A DNA stretch of 64,000 nt from an uncultured Oscillospiraceae bacterium (GTDB lineage: Bacteria; Bacillota; Clostridia; Oscillospirales; QAMX01), in assembly GCA_964448855.1 (NCBI GenBank), contig CAYUXI010000007.1, positions 24,221 to 88,220 on the forward strand. The letters are read 5' to 3'. The translations under genes and the position numbers were made by a program. Shown here one piece after another: positions 18,013-29,452 of the stretch (position 1 is its first letter; each line of letters opens with the position of its first letter). A model generated the notes under the pieces. It saw only the letters and a list, made by a program, of their open reading frames with translations, was not told the origin of the DNA and did no database searches.

Positions 18013-20538
18013 TCACTGATCGTATTCGGTCAGCAGGACTTCCTTCCAGTCCTCAGCCTGATCGGCCAGATAATAGGTGCGCATCGACCACGGCGAGAAC
18101 GTGACGTGGAGCGGAACCGGCAGCAGATCGCCGGACACCGTCACATCTGTTTCGCGCCCATCCGTTTCGTACAGCCGCAGAACCAACCCGGAGTTGTCTT
18201 CGCTGCGCTTGCAGGCAGAGAGCATGATGTTGTCGGCGCTGATGCGCAGGGAGCTGTACGGCTCACGGCTCAGCGAACCGGAATGCAGGGACGTGATGAC
18301 ATCCGTCTTTTCCGCCTCCGACAGCGTTTCAACCAGCTCGGAATGCCAGGTCTCCATGACCGCTGTCAGCGGCTTGTTCAGCTGCCGTGCAGCGCGGATG
18401 ACCGGTGCCCAGCTGTCGCCGACCGGCATCAGGGTGTAGGAGAATTTTCGAGCGCCCTGTTCGGTGAATTCACTTTCTGCGGTTCTGGAACCACCGTGAT
18501 CGCCGTAAATCGGGCTGCGGAGAATGGTGTGGTAAATGGTTCCGTCCTTGACAGAAGAGCTGTAGGTGTCGCTGTTGAGCAGTGCAAATCCGCCGCGATC
18601 ACCCTTCACCGCCGTCCACTGAAGCCCCGGCTCCTCTTCGCCGTCAGCCGGACGCTCAATAACGCCGAACGGAATCTCGTAGTACGCCTTCGGATTCTCC
18701 ACCTTCATCGGCCAGGCGATTTTCAGCATCTTGTGATGCTCGTGCCAATCGACCTCGGCGCGGACAGAAAGCTGCTCGCTGCCGGGCTCCAGTGAAAAAT
18801 ACTGTGTCAGACGGGAATCGTTGTACCGGCTGACGACCTTGACGGTTGCACGAATCGGTCCGCTCTCCGTCACAGTCACCTCTGCATCGCCAAAACGTGC
18901 CATGTAATCGGTGAAGAAGGTCTTCCCGTGGCTCCATGCGTCGTGATAATATTCATCCACGACCACCGGCACAGCGGCACGGTCGGTGATCAGCTCTTCG
19001 CCGGTGCGCTTATCCCGGAAGGAGAGAATTGCGCCGGTGTGCAGCTCAAACTCAATGCGGTAAATATCGTTTTCAAGAACGGTGCCCTCGTGGTTGTTGG
19101 CCGTCCGGTAGCCGGAATAGGGGATTGCACGAACCGGGCTGTCCGGCGAATCCGGCGTCAGGCGCATCTGCTCCTCCTGCGGAACCCAGTCGTCGTTCAT
19201 GTAGTAGACGGCGTAGCCCATGGCCGGCACGTGCGCACGGAACAGCGTATCGGTGCGCCAGAAGCATTCCTCTGTCGTCGAGTAGATTTTCTGGAAAGGG
19301 ATGTCCTGACCGTTGTGGTCGGTCATGCGGATGGCGCTGCGGAACAGCCGGACAGTCTCGTCCACATCAAACCCGTGCGGGTTGAAGAGGACAATCGGCA
19401 CACCCGTGCGAATGGCGGCCGTGTCGATCTGCCAGGAAATGGTCTGCAATGCGCTGTTTTCTTCCACAGCGGCTGTGTTGAGCGCTGCGCCGTACATATA
19501 GGCGGAATCGTCGTGGACTTCGCGGATGGAGCAACCGCCCATGGAATCGTGGAAATGCAGGAACAGAATGTTTTTCCAGGCCTCCTGCAGCCGGTCGGAA
19601 CGGAGCGGTCTGCCGCACAGCAGGCGCGCCAGCATCCCGAAATTTTCGGCAGCCGTCAGATTGTTTTCGCCACGGCGAATCCCGTTCTTGACGGCAGAGA
19701 CGGTTGCATAGCAGCCGGCGGCGTGATGCTGCAAATCGTCGTGATGCTCCGGCAGTGCGACACCGGACGCACGGACGTGATCAAAGAAGTCCGAAACCGT
19801 CGAATAAACCATCTTGATTTCCGGATGCTCTTTCCGATAGGCTTCGATCAAGCGCAGATTCTGAATGGTGGGGCCGCCGCCGTGGTTGCCGACGCCGTAA
19901 AAGAGGAAGCCCTCATCCAGATCGGTCGCTGTCTTGGTGTCCACTTCGTTCAGACGGTATACCAGCTGCTCCTCCGAACGGAAATTGTAGCAATAGCCTT
20001 CCAGAATCCGATGCGTCAGGACGGAAGAGCCGTCCGGGGAAACCCAGTTGAACAGGTCGCTGTCCAGATGCTTTTCATGCTCGCCGGGGCGCATGAAAAT
20101 ATAGCTGTCCATGCCGCTCTTCTTCAAAATCTGCGGCATCATCAGATTGTGGCCGAACGAGTCTACATTGTATCCGACCTTTGCGGTGACGCCCAGCTTT
20201 TCCTTGAAGAAGCGCTGCGCATACAACGCCTGACGGGCAAAGCTCTCACCGGACGGGTTGTTGCAGTCCGGCTGGACGTACATACCGCCGACGACGATCA
20301 GACGCCCTTCTGCGACACGCTGCCGAACCTCTTCAAACATGGCCGGTGCAAATTCCTCGACCCACTGGAACACCGAGGAGGAGGAACAGACAAAGACAAA
20401 ATCGGGAAATTCCTTCATCCGATCCAATGCGGAACGCATCGTCGCCTTGGCTTCACTGCTGCCTTCCTGCCAGCGCCATTGCCAGACAGGGTCGAGGTGA
20501 GCGTTCCCGACCAGATAGTAGGTGGATTTCTTTTTCAT
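18013..20538 (-). CDS. Alpha-mannosidase, glycoside hydrolase family 38.
   Basis: 841 aa; N-terminal GH38 catalytic-region features (NAHLDPVWQW, HFHDSMGGCSI, GVGNHGGGP). Confidence 0.85.
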   Translation of the reverse strand: MKKKSTYYLVGNAHLDPVWQWRWQEGSSEAKATMRSALDRMKEFPDFVFVCSSSSVFQWVEEFAPAMFEEVRQRVAEGRLIVVGGMYVQPDCNNPSGESFARQALYAQRFFKEKLGVTAKVGYNVDSFGHNLMMPQILKKSGMDSYIFMRPGEHEKHLDSDLFNWVSPDGSSVLTHRILEGYCYNFRSEEQLVYRLNEVDTKTATDLDEGFLFYGVGNHGGGPTIQNLRLIEAYRKEHPEIKMVYSTVSDFFDHVRASGVALPEHHDDLQHHAAGCYATVSAVKNGIRRGENNLTAAENFGMLARLLCGRPLRSDRLQEAWKNILFLHFHDSMGGCSIREVHDDSAYMYGAALNTAAVEENSALQTISWQIDTAAIRTGVPIVLFNPHGFDVDETVRLFRSAIRMTDHNGQDIPFQKIYSTTEECFWRTDTLFRAHVPAMGYAVYYMNDDWVPQEEQMRLTPDSPDSPVRAIPYSGYRTANNHEGTVLENDIYRIEFELHTGAILSFRDKRTGEELITDRAAVPVVVDEYYHDAWSHGKTFFTDYMARFGDAEVTVTESGPIRATVKVVSRYNDSRLTQYFSLEPGSEQLSVRAEVDWHEHHKMLKIAWPMKVENPKAYYEIPFGVIERPADGEEEPGLQWTAVKGDRGGFALLNSDTYSSSVKDGTIYHTILRSPIYGDHGGSRTAESEFTEQGARKFSYTLMPVGDSWAPVIRAARQLNKPLTAVMETWHSELVETLSEAEKTDVITSLHSGSLSREPYSSLRISADNIMLSACKRSEDNSGLVLRLYETDGRETDVTVSGDLLPVPLHVTFSPWSMRTYYLADQAEDWKEVLLTEYDQ

Positions 20539-20602
20539 AAAACAGAGTCCTTTCTGTGGAATAACAGAATCAAAACGGATTCCCGCGAAGAAACCGCAGA
20601 AT

Positions 20603-20938
20603 CTACAAAAGAATCAGCGTAATGCCGTTGTTGTATTTTTCCAGATCGCTGTCTTTGGCGGCTTCCGGACAGGCGGTGAGCAGCTTGCGCGTTCCCTCGT
20701 TAAAAATGGAGAACTCCTCGCCGCGAACATATCCGCGAATCTGTCCCTTGCGCTGGCAGCCGTCCAGATAACGGCGCAGCTCGATCCGCAGCTTTCCGCC
20801 TTTCCCACTGGAACCGTAGCCGTGAATGATCTTGATTGCTTTGGTTCGCATGGCGCGCTGCGTGGTCAGAATGGTATTCAGCCGTTGAATGGCCTGAGCG
20901 ACCGTCGGCATCCCGGCTTCCAGATTAAATTCAAGCAT
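20603..20938 (-). CDS. Smr-domain protein (MutS2 C-terminal domain-like small nuclease-fold protein).
   Basis: Start chosen at MLEF after a TATAAT / GAGGTGAG promoter-RBS. HGYGSSGKGGKLR resembles the Smr domain. Confidence 0.55.
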   Translation of the reverse strand: MLEFNLEAGMPTVAQAIQRLNTILTTQRAMRTKAIKIIHGYGSSGKGGKLRIELRRYLDGCQRKGQIRGYVRGEEFSIFNEGTRKLLTACPEAAKDSDLEKYNNGITLILL

Positions 20939-21078
20939 CGGCTCACCTCGCAAAGATATTATACAAAAGAATCTTTGAAAATGCAAGCGCAGAGAAGGAG
21001 TTTTATGGTATAATAGAACAGGAAAATCCCGGAACCGGGAAACTGCACCGAATTTTACTTATTTCAATAGGAGCGTGT

Positions 21079-22287
21079 TTGAATATGAGCATACAGAATC
21101 ACGATTTTCTGGATCAGACAACCTGGGGGGCACTGCTCGCCAAATTCGAAACACTGTACGGCAAGGGCGAAACGCCGCACCTCTTTTTTGCACCGGGCAG
21201 AGTGAACCTGATCGGCGAACATATCGACTACAACGGCGGCTTCGTTTTCCCGGCCGCTTTGACCATCGGCAACTATCTCCTCATCCGCGAAAACGGCCAG
21301 AATCTCGTTCGCATGGCCGCGGATGACCTCGATGGGACACTTGTTTCCGTCCCACTGTCCGATCTGGAATCCAAACGCGGAAAAGAGTGGGGTGCATATC
21401 AGATCGGCGTCCTGTATGAGCTGGAAAAGCTCGGTGTTGAGCTGAAGGGCTTCGATATGCTGTTCTATTCCACACTGCCGTTTGGCGCCGGCCTTTCCTC
21501 CTCGGCCTCGCTCGAAGTTGTCACGGGCTATGCCGCAATGGTTTTGTGCGGCGTGACGCCGGATCTGCGCGAGCTCTCCCTCCTGACGCAGCGCGCCGAG
21601 AACCAGTTTGTCGGCGTCAACTGCGGCATCATGGATCAGTACGCCTGCGCAAATGGCAAGGCGGGCTGCGGCATCCTGCTGGACTGCGTCTCTGTCCACA
21701 GCGAAAGCGTTCCGCTGAATATGGATGGCTATGCCATCGTCATCGGCAACACCAACAAAAAACGCTCGCTGGCTGATTCCAAATACAATGAACGCCGGGC
21801 AGAATGCGAAGCCGGCCTGGCCGCCATGCGCACCGTTCTGGACGATCTCCCGACGCTCTGCGCCATGGATACGGAGACCTTCGAACGCTTCGCCACCCTC
21901 ATTCCGGATGAAACGGTTCGCCGCCGCGTTCGCCACGCCGTCACGGAAAATGACCGCGTCCGGCAGTCTGTCACTCTGCTGCAGCAGGGCGATATCAAGG
22001 GCTTCGGCCAGCTGCTGAATGCTTCGCACGCATCGCTCAAGAATGATTACGAAGTGACCGGTCGCGAGCTCGATGCAATGAGCGAATACGCCCAGACGGT
22101 TCCGGGCTGCATCGGCTCCCGCATGACGGGTGCCGGCTTTGGTGGCTGCACCGTCAGCATCGTTGAAAAAGATCAGGTTTCCGCCTTCATCGAGAAGGTC
22201 GGCGCCGCATATGAAGCAGCGACGGGCTTGAAACCGGCATTTTATGTCTCCGATGCGGGGGATGGCGTTCGCGAACTGAAACAATAA
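21079..22287 (+). CDS. galK: Galactokinase.
   Basis: PGRVNLIGEHIDYNGG galactokinase signature and GHMP-kinase motif PFGAGLSSSAS. An alternative start lies at 21085. Confidence 0.9.
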   Translation: MNMSIQNHDFLDQTTWGALLAKFETLYGKGETPHLFFAPGRVNLIGEHIDYNGGFVFPAALTIGNYLLIRENGQNLVRMAADDLDGTLVSVPLSDLESKRGKEWGAYQIGVLYELEKLGVELKGFDMLFYSTLPFGAGLSSSASLEVVTGYAAMVLCGVTPDLRELSLLTQRAENQFVGVNCGIMDQYACANGKAGCGILLDCVSVHSESVPLNMDGYAIVIGNTNKKRSLADSKYNERRAECEAGLAAMRTVLDDLPTLCAMDTETFERFATLIPDETVRRRVRHAVTENDRVRQSVTLLQQGDIKGFGQLLNASHASLKNDYEVTGRELDAMSEYAQTVPGCIGSRMTGAGFGGCTVSIVEKDQVSAFIEKVGAAYEAATGLKPAFYVSDAGDGVRELKQ

Positions 22288-22312
22288 ACCGCAGAAAGGA
22301 CAGGTTTTGCAT

Positions 22313-22894
22313 ATGGGAGCATACGGATACATCCGCGAAAAGCTGGACGTAAAGTATTTGATCCTGTTTGTTTTGTCATGCCTGGATATCAGTGTTTCGT
22401 TTGATGACGTCGTTGAAATGGCAATGATCGACAACGCCATGACGTATTTTGATGTCGCAGATGCATTCTATGAAATGGTTGACAGCGGCCATGTGCAGGA
22501 GGAGGAGGCCGGGAAATACCGGATCACCGAGCGCGGCCGCTCCGTGCTGACGGGGTATGAACGCCGACTGCCCGCGAGTGTGCGCCGGGATGCCCAGCGC
22601 GCTGTCATGAAAACGGTGGCACGGCTGAAGCGCGATGCGTTGATTTCGACCTCGACACGCGAAGTTTCAGAGAATAATTTTGTCGTCACGTTAAAAATGA
22701 GCGACAGTCTGGGCGAAATCATCAACCTGGATCTGATGGTTGTCAATAAGCGCCTGGCGTCGCTGCTGGAAGGGAATTTCCGCAACAATGCGGAAATGAT
22801 CTACAACGAAATCCTGAACGCCGTCATGCGCGACTACTCTCAAACGGTTCTCCCGGACTCAGCAGGCAACTCTGACCGGGCGGACATGAACTGA
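22313..22894 (+). CDS. Hypothetical protein, possibly DUF4364 family.
   Basis: About 190 aa with no recognised catalytic motif. Family guess based on size and Firmicutes-type composition only. Confidence 0.35.
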   Translation: MGAYGYIREKLDVKYLILFVLSCLDISVSFDDVVEMAMIDNAMTYFDVADAFYEMVDSGHVQEEEAGKYRITERGRSVLTGYERRLPASVRRDAQRAVMKTVARLKRDALISTSTREVSENNFVVTLKMSDSLGEIINLDLMVVNKRLASLLEGNFRNNAEMIYNEILNAVMRDYSQTVLPDSAGNSDRADMN

Positions 22895-22909
22895 AAGGAT
22901 TTGTTTCAT

Positions 22910-24121
22910 ATGTCCCGTATTCTGCGACGCAGAGCAGCTGTGCTGACTGCGGCTCTCCTGTTCCTGACGGCGTTGCTTTCGGCGTGCGGCTCGAGTCAAC
23001 CCGATTCGCCAACCCCTCAGACAACCCCGGCGACCTCCGTTTCCGAATCGAATGCAACGACACCGACCAGCTCGAGCGGCCTGCTCTCTGATATCCCGCT
23101 CTCCATGGCGACGTCCGTCACCTCATCGGAAGCGACATCGGAAGCGCCGACCGATACCACCGTTGCCACAGATCCGGTTCAGCCGATGTCGGTCAATTTC
23201 TTGACCGGATTGCCAACCTCGACAACCGAACACCAAAACAAACGCCCGGTGGCCGTTGTCTACAACAACCTTCGCCGCGCATTGCCACAGCACGGCATCA
23301 GCTCGGCGGATATCGTCTTTGAAGTCGAAGCGGAAGGCGGCGTCACGCGCCTGCTGGCCGTTTTCTCCGACATTTCCACCGTCGGAACCATCGGCTCCGT
23401 GCGCTCGGCGCGCCCTGTCATGGTGCATATTGCACTCGGCCTCGACTGCGTCTTTGCACATTCCGGCGGCTCTCCGCAAGCGTATCAGGACATCTCTACC
23501 TACAGCCTGTCCCATATTGACGGCCTGTACGATAACGGCTCTGTCTATTACCGCGACGCAGGCCGCCAGCAGAGCATGGGCATTGAGCATTCTCTGATGA
23601 CAAACGGCACGCGCCTGCAATCCAAACTGCAGAAAATGGAGTCCTCCGGGACGCGGATGACGCTGAAAAGCGGCTATACCGCACCACTGGCCTTCAACGA
23701 GCGGGATATCCAGCCGACCAACGGCACACCCGCCCAGAAAATTACCACCAAATACGGCTCCTATCAGCCGTTCTTCCGCTATGACGCCAGCGCCGCGACC
23801 TATCAGCGCTACGAATACGGTGCCAAGCACATCGATCAGGCCACCGGCGAACAGCTGACGTTCAAAAACGTCGTGGTGCTTTCGGTACCGTCCTCTGTCA
23901 TTTCCGGGGACTCGGCCGGTCGCCGTCAGTTTTCGGATGTAGGCAGCGGGACGGGCATCTATGCAACGGACGGTGTCTCTGTCCAGATTCGCTGGACAAA
24001 ATCGTCTGCCACATCGCCGCTGAAGCTGATGAATGCCGACGGAACGGAACTGAAGCTGAATCCGGGCAAAACCTTCTTTTCCTACGTCAATGGGATGGGG
24101 CAGATCGTCGTCGGAAACTAA
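22910..24121 (+). CDS. Lipoprotein, probably DUF3048 family (YerB-like), with a Ser/Thr-rich linker.
   Basis: Signal peptide with lipobox LLSAC, low-complexity T/S-rich linker, then a globular domain. Confidence 0.45.
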   Translation: MSRILRRRAAVLTAALLFLTALLSACGSSQPDSPTPQTTPATSVSESNATTPTSSSGLLSDIPLSMATSVTSSEATSEAPTDTTVATDPVQPMSVNFLTGLPTSTTEHQNKRPVAVVYNNLRRALPQHGISSADIVFEVEAEGGVTRLLAVFSDISTVGTIGSVRSARPVMVHIALGLDCVFAHSGGSPQAYQDISTYSLSHIDGLYDNGSVYYRDAGRQQSMGIEHSLMTNGTRLQSKLQKMESSGTRMTLKSGYTAPLAFNERDIQPTNGTPAQKITTKYGSYQPFFRYDASAATYQRYEYGAKHIDQATGEQLTFKNVVVLSVPSSVISGDSAGRRQFSDVGSGTGIYATDGVSVQIRWTKSSATSPLKLMNADGTELKLNPGKTFFSYVNGMGQIVVGN

Positions 24122-24177
24122 ACCCTTCCGACCGCACCCTCCATCCAGAAAGTCTATCTGAAAGGTTCATTTTCCAT

Positions 24178-25245
24178 ATGTTTGAAAAACTGCTGCTGTT
24201 GGAACAGCGGTATGAGGAAATCAATGAAAAACTGGCTACACCGGAAGTGTATTCGCAGCCACAGCTGTCCGCAGCGCTGCAAAAGGAGCTGAAGGAGCTC
24301 GGCCCGATCGTGGAGATGTTCCGCGATTATCAGGCTGCCCGGACGTCCATGGAAGAAGCGCAGGAGCTGATGAGCAGCGGGGACAGAGAGCTGAATGAGC
24401 TGGCGCGGGAAGAGTACGAAAGCGCCAAACTGCGGATGGAGCAGGACGAAGAAGCCATCAAGGTGCTGCTCCTGCCAAAGGACCCGAATGACGAAAAGAA
24501 CGTCATTGTGGAAATCCGCGCAGGTGCCGGTGGGGAAGAAGCCGCACTGTTTGCCAGTGTCCTGTACCGGATGTACGGGATGTATGCCGATCTGCATCGC
24601 TGGCATTTTGAGCTGATCAACGCCAATGAGACAGAGCTGGGCGGATACCGCGAAGTCAGCTTCTCGATCGAAGGCTCCGGTGCCTATTCCCGGCTGAAAT
24701 ACGAGAGCGGCGTTCACCGCGTCCAGCGCGTCCCGGAGACGGAGTCGGCCGGACGGATTCACACCTCCACCGTCACGGTGGCAGTGCTGCCGGAAGCGGA
24801 AGAAGTGGAGCTGGAAATCAACCCGGCTGATCTGCAAATCGATACCTATCGTTCCAGCGGCGCAGGCGGCCAGCACGTCAATAAAACGGAATCGGCCATT
24901 CGCATCACGCACCTACCAACCGGGATGGTTGTCGAATGTCAGGACGAGCGCAGCCAGTACAAAAACAAAGAGCGCGCCATGAAGGTGCTCCGCTCCAAGC
25001 TGTATGACCAGAAACTGGCCGAGCAGAACGCCGAAATCGCTGCAGAACGGCGTAGCCAGGTCGGAACCGGTGACCGCAGCGAACGGATCCGCACCTACAA
25101 CTATCCGCAGAGCCGCGTCTCTGATCATCGCATCAATCTGACTCTGTATAAGCTCGAAAACTTCCTGAACGGCGATATGGACGAAATGATTGACGCACTG
25201 ATCACAGCCATGCAGGCGGAAAAGCTGCGCAATGCGGAATCGTAA
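24178..25245 (+). CDS. prfA: Peptide chain release factor 1.
   Basis: GGQ motif ([12 protein letters not shown]) and an RF1-type PxT tripeptide (PET); about 355 aa. Confidence 0.92.
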   Translation: MFEKLLLLEQRYEEINEKLATPEVYSQPQLSAALQKELKELGPIVEMFRDYQAARTSMEEAQELMSSGDRELNELAREEYESAKLRMEQDEEAIKVLLLPKDPNDEKNVIVEIRAGAGGEEAALFASVLYRMYGMYADLHRWHFELINANETELGGYREVSFSIEGSGAYSRLKYESGVHRVQRVPETESAGRIHTSTVTVAVLPEAEEVELEINPADLQIDTYRSSGAGGQHVNKTESAIRITHLPTGMVVECQDERSQYKNKERAMKVLRSKLYDQKLAEQNAEIAAERRSQVGTGDRSERIRTYNYPQSRVSDHRINLTLYKLENFLNGDMDEMIDALITAMQAEKLRNAES

Positions 25246-25271
25246 AAAACAGAAAGAAATCAGATGAAATC

Positions 25272-26294
25272 ATGAAAACATTGCAATTGACGGCCAATGA
25301 CATAGAAGTGGCTGCCAATCTTCTGAAGCGCGGCGGTCTGGTGGCCATCCCGACGGAAACCGTCTACGGGCTGGCGGCCGATGCCTTCCAGCCGGATGCG
25401 GTTGCACAGATCTTCGTCGCAAAAGGCCGCCCACAGGATAACCCTCTGATTGCCCATATCGCGTCGATCGAGCAGCTGTCGCTCCTTGCAGCGGAAATTC
25501 CGCCAGAGGCACGGCTGCTGGCGGAGCGCTTCTGGCCGGGGCCACTGACCATGGTTCTCAAGCGCCGACCGGAGGTGCCTGATGTCGTGACCGCCGGACT
25601 GGATACGGTGGCGATTCGCTTCCCGTCCCATCCGCTGGCTCGCGCCGTCATCGCGGCGACCGGCAGCCCGCTGGCCGCTCCGTCTGCGAATCTGTCGGGC
25701 TCGCCGAGCCCGACAACGGCGGCACACGTGCTGGCCGATCTGAACGGACGTATCGACGCGATTGTCGATGGCGGCGCATCCGATGTCGGCCTGGAATCCA
25801 CCGTCGTTTCGCTGGCGGGGCCGGTGCCGCGCCTGCTCCGTCCGGGCGGCGTGACGTATGAACAGCTGACGGACGTTCTGGGCGAGGTGATCGTCGATAA
25901 AGCGGTTCGCCAGAAAATTGACGATACCGAGCGCGTTTCCTCACCCGGCATGAAATACCGCCATTACGCCCCCAAAGCACCGGTGCAGGCCGTCTGCGGA
26001 GACGGGGAAGCGTCGGCATCGTATATTCGCACACAAATCGACCAGACGACGGCGTCGTGCGCCGTGATCTGCTATGACCGGTTCAACGGCACATTTGGCC
26101 GCGCACAGTGCGTGCCGTACGGCGCGGAGGAACAGCTGGCCGCTCTGGCGCATAGCCTGTTCGACGCACTGCGCACAGCCGATCAGCTGGCGGTTGACCG
26201 GATTTTCGTACAGTGTCCGCCGGAACGCGATATTGGCCTGGCGGTCGCCAACCGCATCAAAAAGGCAGCCGGATTTGACGTGATTACGGTCTGA
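25272..26294 (+). CDS. tsaC: L-threonylcarbamoyladenylate synthase (TsaC/Sua5, YwlC family), long form with the Sua5 C-terminal domain.
   Basis: IPTETVYGLAADA and SANLSG motifs; 340 aa. Confidence 0.85.
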   Translation: MKTLQLTANDIEVAANLLKRGGLVAIPTETVYGLAADAFQPDAVAQIFVAKGRPQDNPLIAHIASIEQLSLLAAEIPPEARLLAERFWPGPLTMVLKRRPEVPDVVTAGLDTVAIRFPSHPLARAVIAATGSPLAAPSANLSGSPSPTTAAHVLADLNGRIDAIVDGGASDVGLESTVVSLAGPVPRLLRPGGVTYEQLTDVLGEVIVDKAVRQKIDDTERVSSPGMKYRHYAPKAPVQAVCGDGEASASYIRTQIDQTTASCAVICYDRFNGTFGRAQCVPYGAEEQLAALAHSLFDALRTADQLAVDRIFVQCPPERDIGLAVANRIKKAAGFDVITV

Positions 26295-26314
26295 AGCGGC
26301 AGAAAGGAGCAAGC

Positions 26315-26905
26315 ATGATTCTCGGAATTACCGGGGGAAGCGGCTGCGGTACGACAACCGTAGGACACCTGCTGGAACAACACGGCTTCTTTTTTCTCGA
26401 TGCCGACTGCGTCTACCACGAACTGCTTGAACACGATGATGCACTTCAGAAAATGCTGATTCAACGCTTTGGAACGGGCATTGTCCAGCAGGGCGTGATT
26501 CAGCGCCGGGCGCTGGCAAAGATCGTCTTCTCCGATGAACAGGCGCTGGCCGATTTGAATGCGATTACACATTCCGTCATTCGACAGGCGGTCGCGGAAC
26601 GCATCCGCACCTGCGGCAAGGAAAATGCCGCAGTGGAAGCCATTGCACTGTTCGAGAGCGGGATGAGCCAGCAGTGCGATGCGGTTGTCGGCGTCCTCTG
26701 CGAGCGGGATGAACGCGTCCGTCGCATTTGTATGCGCGACCACCTGACGGAGGAAGAGGCGGCAGCCCGCATTGATGCACAGCCGGAAGACTCGTTTTTT
26801 ATCGACCGATGCGACTATATCCTGCTCAATGACCGGACACCGGCTGAGCTGAAGGAAGCCGTCGATGCTTTGGTGCAGGCGCTGAAAGCACCTGCCTGCA
26901 AATGA
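26315..26905 (+). CDS. coaE: Dephospho-CoA kinase.
   Basis: MILGITGGSGCGTTTV P-loop at the N-terminus; about 196 aa. Confidence 0.85.
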   Translation: MILGITGGSGCGTTTVGHLLEQHGFFFLDADCVYHELLEHDDALQKMLIQRFGTGIVQQGVIQRRALAKIVFSDEQALADLNAITHSVIRQAVAERIRTCGKENAAVEAIALFESGMSQQCDAVVGVLCERDERVRRICMRDHLTEEEAAARIDAQPEDSFFIDRCDYILLNDRTPAELKEAVDALVQALKAPACK

Positions 26906-26955
26906 GACAAACAAGTCCGTCCTCAGACGGAACCAATAACAGGAGGAATTTGACT

Positions 26956-28353
26956 ATGGCAGATACAGAAAAGCTCAGAGACACGCTGCTCATGAAACGT
27001 ACCAACGGCTACGAACGCATCAGCGGCGCAGAAGTGGCACAGCTCAATGATTACTGCGAAGGCTATAAAGTCTTTTTGAACCGCGGGAAAACCGAAAGGG
27101 AAGCGGCAGAAGCGGCAGAGGTCATGATTCGCTCAGCGGGCTATCTCCCGTATGAACGCGGAATGACGCTGAAGCCGGGCGACCGCGTCTATGCTATGAA
27201 CCATGGCCGCGCCATCGCTGCGGCGATCATCGGCAATGAATCCATGAACAACGGCGCCTGGATCACCGCCGCGCACATCGATTCTCCGCGCCTGGATTTG
27301 AAGCCGTATCCGCTCTATGAAGAAAGCGACATGGCATTTTTCAAAACCCACTATTACGGTGGCATTCGCAAGTATCAGTGGGTCACCATCCCGCTGGAGC
27401 TGCACGGCATCGTCGTGAAGAAAAACGGCGAAACCGTTAAAATCAACCTGGGTGGCCGGGAAGATGAACCGGCCTTCGTGATTACCGACCTGCTGCCGCA
27501 CCTTTCCAAAGACCAGAACACCAAACCGCTTTCGACGGCATTCTCCGGTGAAAACCTGAATGTCCTTGTCGGCGGCGTTCCCTATTGCGATGAGGGCAGC
27601 GATAAGGTCAAGCTCGCCGTGATGAGCCTTTTGAATGAACGCTACGACATCTGCGAGGAGGATTTCCTTTCCGCCGAGCTGTCGCTCGTTCCGTCCGGAC
27701 CGAGCCGCGATATCGGCTTCGATGCCAGCTTTGTCGGTGCCTATGGTCAGGATGACCGCGTCTGCGCGTATACAACGCTGACTGCACTGCTGGAAATGAA
27801 GGATACGCCGAAGAAAACGTGCGTCTGTATTCTGGCCGACAAAGAGGAAATCGGCTCGGAGGGCGTCTCCGGGATGCAGTCCGAATGGTACGATACCTTC
27901 TTTGCAAACCTCTGTGCATCCACCGCATCCGATCTCCGCACCTGTTATGAACATTCCATCTGCCTGTCTGCGGATGTCGGTGCCGCGTATGACCCGAATT
28001 ATGGCGAGGTCTACGATAAACGCAACAGCGCACTGGCCAACGGCGGCGCCATCCTGATGAAATATACCGGCGCAGGCGGCAAGTCCTCCTCCAATGACGC
28101 GACACCGGAGCTCATCGCGAAAATCCGCCGCGTGTTTGACGAAAACAACGTGATCTGGCAGATGGGTGAACTTGGTAAGGTTGATCAGGGCGGCGGCGGT
28201 ACGGTCGCAAAATACATGGCAAGCCGCAACATTGACACCGTCGATATCGGTGTACCGGTGATGGCCATGCACGCGCCGTTTGAAATCACAGCGAAGCTCG
28301 ACGTCTATATGATGTACCGTGCATCAAAAGCATTTTTTGCACTTGAAAAATAA
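26956..28353 (+). CDS. M18-family aminopeptidase (aspartyl aminopeptidase-like).
   Basis: About 465 aa with M18-like metal-binding segments (AAHIDSP, LADKEEIGS, MAMHAP). Confidence 0.75.
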   Translation: MADTEKLRDTLLMKRTNGYERISGAEVAQLNDYCEGYKVFLNRGKTEREAAEAAEVMIRSAGYLPYERGMTLKPGDRVYAMNHGRAIAAAIIGNESMNNGAWITAAHIDSPRLDLKPYPLYEESDMAFFKTHYYGGIRKYQWVTIPLELHGIVVKKNGETVKINLGGREDEPAFVITDLLPHLSKDQNTKPLSTAFSGENLNVLVGGVPYCDEGSDKVKLAVMSLLNERYDICEEDFLSAELSLVPSGPSRDIGFDASFVGAYGQDDRVCAYTTLTALLEMKDTPKKTCVCILADKEEIGSEGVSGMQSEWYDTFFANLCASTASDLRTCYEHSICLSADVGAAYDPNYGEVYDKRNSALANGGAILMKYTGAGGKSSSNDATPELIAKIRRVFDENNVIWQMGELGKVDQGGGGTVAKYMASRNIDTVDIGVPVMAMHAPFEITAKLDVYMMYRASKAFFALEK

Positions 28354-28371
28354 TGGAATCTGGTATATAAT
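28343..28371 (+). promoter_or_regulatory. Sigma-A promoter for fba (-35 TTGAAA, 17 bp spacer, -10 TATAAT), overlapping the 3' end of the aminopeptidase gene.
   Basis: Motifs read in the sequence. Confidence 0.45.
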
Positions 28372-28434
28372 ATAGTTGGGCAGAATGGCTTTCATTTTGT
28401 CCGGCCAACAAAGATACAAAAGGAGTTGCATACC

Positions 28435-29370
28435 ATGCCGAAAGTCACATCAACCGAGATGTTCAAGAAGGCCTACGAAGGCGGTTATGCCATCGGCGCT
28501 TTCAACGTCAACAATATGGAGATTATCCAGGGCATCACCGAAGCTGCCCAGCAGGAAAAATCCCCGATCATTCTGCAGGTCTCTGCAGGTGCCCGGAAAT
28601 ACGCAAAACACGTCTATCTGATGAAGCTGATCGAAGCAGCCATCGAAGACACCGACCTGCCGATCTGTGTCCACCTCGACCACGGCGCAGATTTTGATAT
28701 CTGCAAATCCTGCATCGACGGCGGCTTCACCTCCGTTATGATCGACGGCTCCAAATATTCCTTCAAGGAAAACATCGAGCTGACCCGCCGTGTCGTTGAT
28801 TACGCACACGAACGCGGTGTCGTTGTCGAAGGCGAGCTGGGCAAACTGGCCGGCATCGAAGACGCTGTCAACGTCAGCGACGAAGATGCACAGTTCACCG
28901 ATCCGTCCGAAGTTCAGGAATTCGTCGAAAAGACGGGCGTTGACTCCCTGGCCATCGCCATCGGCACCAGCCACGGCGCGTACAAATTCAAGCCGGGTCA
29001 GAAGCCGAGACTGCGCTTTGACATTCTGGAAAAAATCCAGGCTCTGCTGCCGGGCTTCCCGATCGTTCTGCACGGCGCCTCCAGCGTCATTCCGGAATTC
29101 GTCGAACAGATCAACGCCAACGGCGGTCAGATGCCGGATGCCATCGGTATCCCGGAAGATATGCTCCGTCAGGCCGCGAAGATGGCAGTCTGCAAAATCA
29201 ACATTGACTCCGACCTCCGCCTTGCAATGACGGCCTCCGTCAGAAAATACTTCGCCGAGCATCCGGATCACTTCGACCCGCGTCAATACCTCTCCCCGGC
29301 AAGAGACGCGATCAGAGGTCTGGTTTCCAACAAAATCCGCAACGTCCTCGGCTCCTCCAACACTCTGTAA
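28435..29370 (+). CDS. fba: Fructose-bisphosphate aldolase, class II.
   Basis: Class II aldolase motifs (PIILQVSAG, HLDHG, IGTSHGAYKF) after an AAAGGAG RBS. Confidence 0.9.
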   Translation: MPKVTSTEMFKKAYEGGYAIGAFNVNNMEIIQGITEAAQQEKSPIILQVSAGARKYAKHVYLMKLIEAAIEDTDLPICVHLDHGADFDICKSCIDGGFTSVMIDGSKYSFKENIELTRRVVDYAHERGVVVEGELGKLAGIEDAVNVSDEDAQFTDPSEVQEFVEKTGVDSLAIAIGTSHGAYKFKPGQKPRLRFDILEKIQALLPGFPIVLHGASSVIPEFVEQINANGGQMPDAIGIPEDMLRQAAKMAVCKINIDSDLRLAMTASVRKYFAEHPDHFDPRQYLSPARDAIRGLVSNKIRNVLGSSNTL

Positions 29371-29383
29371 CGATTTTTCCAGT

Positions 29384-29428
29384 GCCCGAAACGGCGTAAA
29401 ACCGCCGTTTCGGGCATATACTTTTTTG
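29384..29428 (+). terminator. Rho-independent terminator after fba.
   Basis: GCCCGAAACGGCG-taaaa-CCGCCGTTTCGGGC stem followed by ATATACTTTTTT. Confidence 0.65.
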
Positions 29429-29452
29429 AGGATCTTCAAAGGAGGTTTGCTC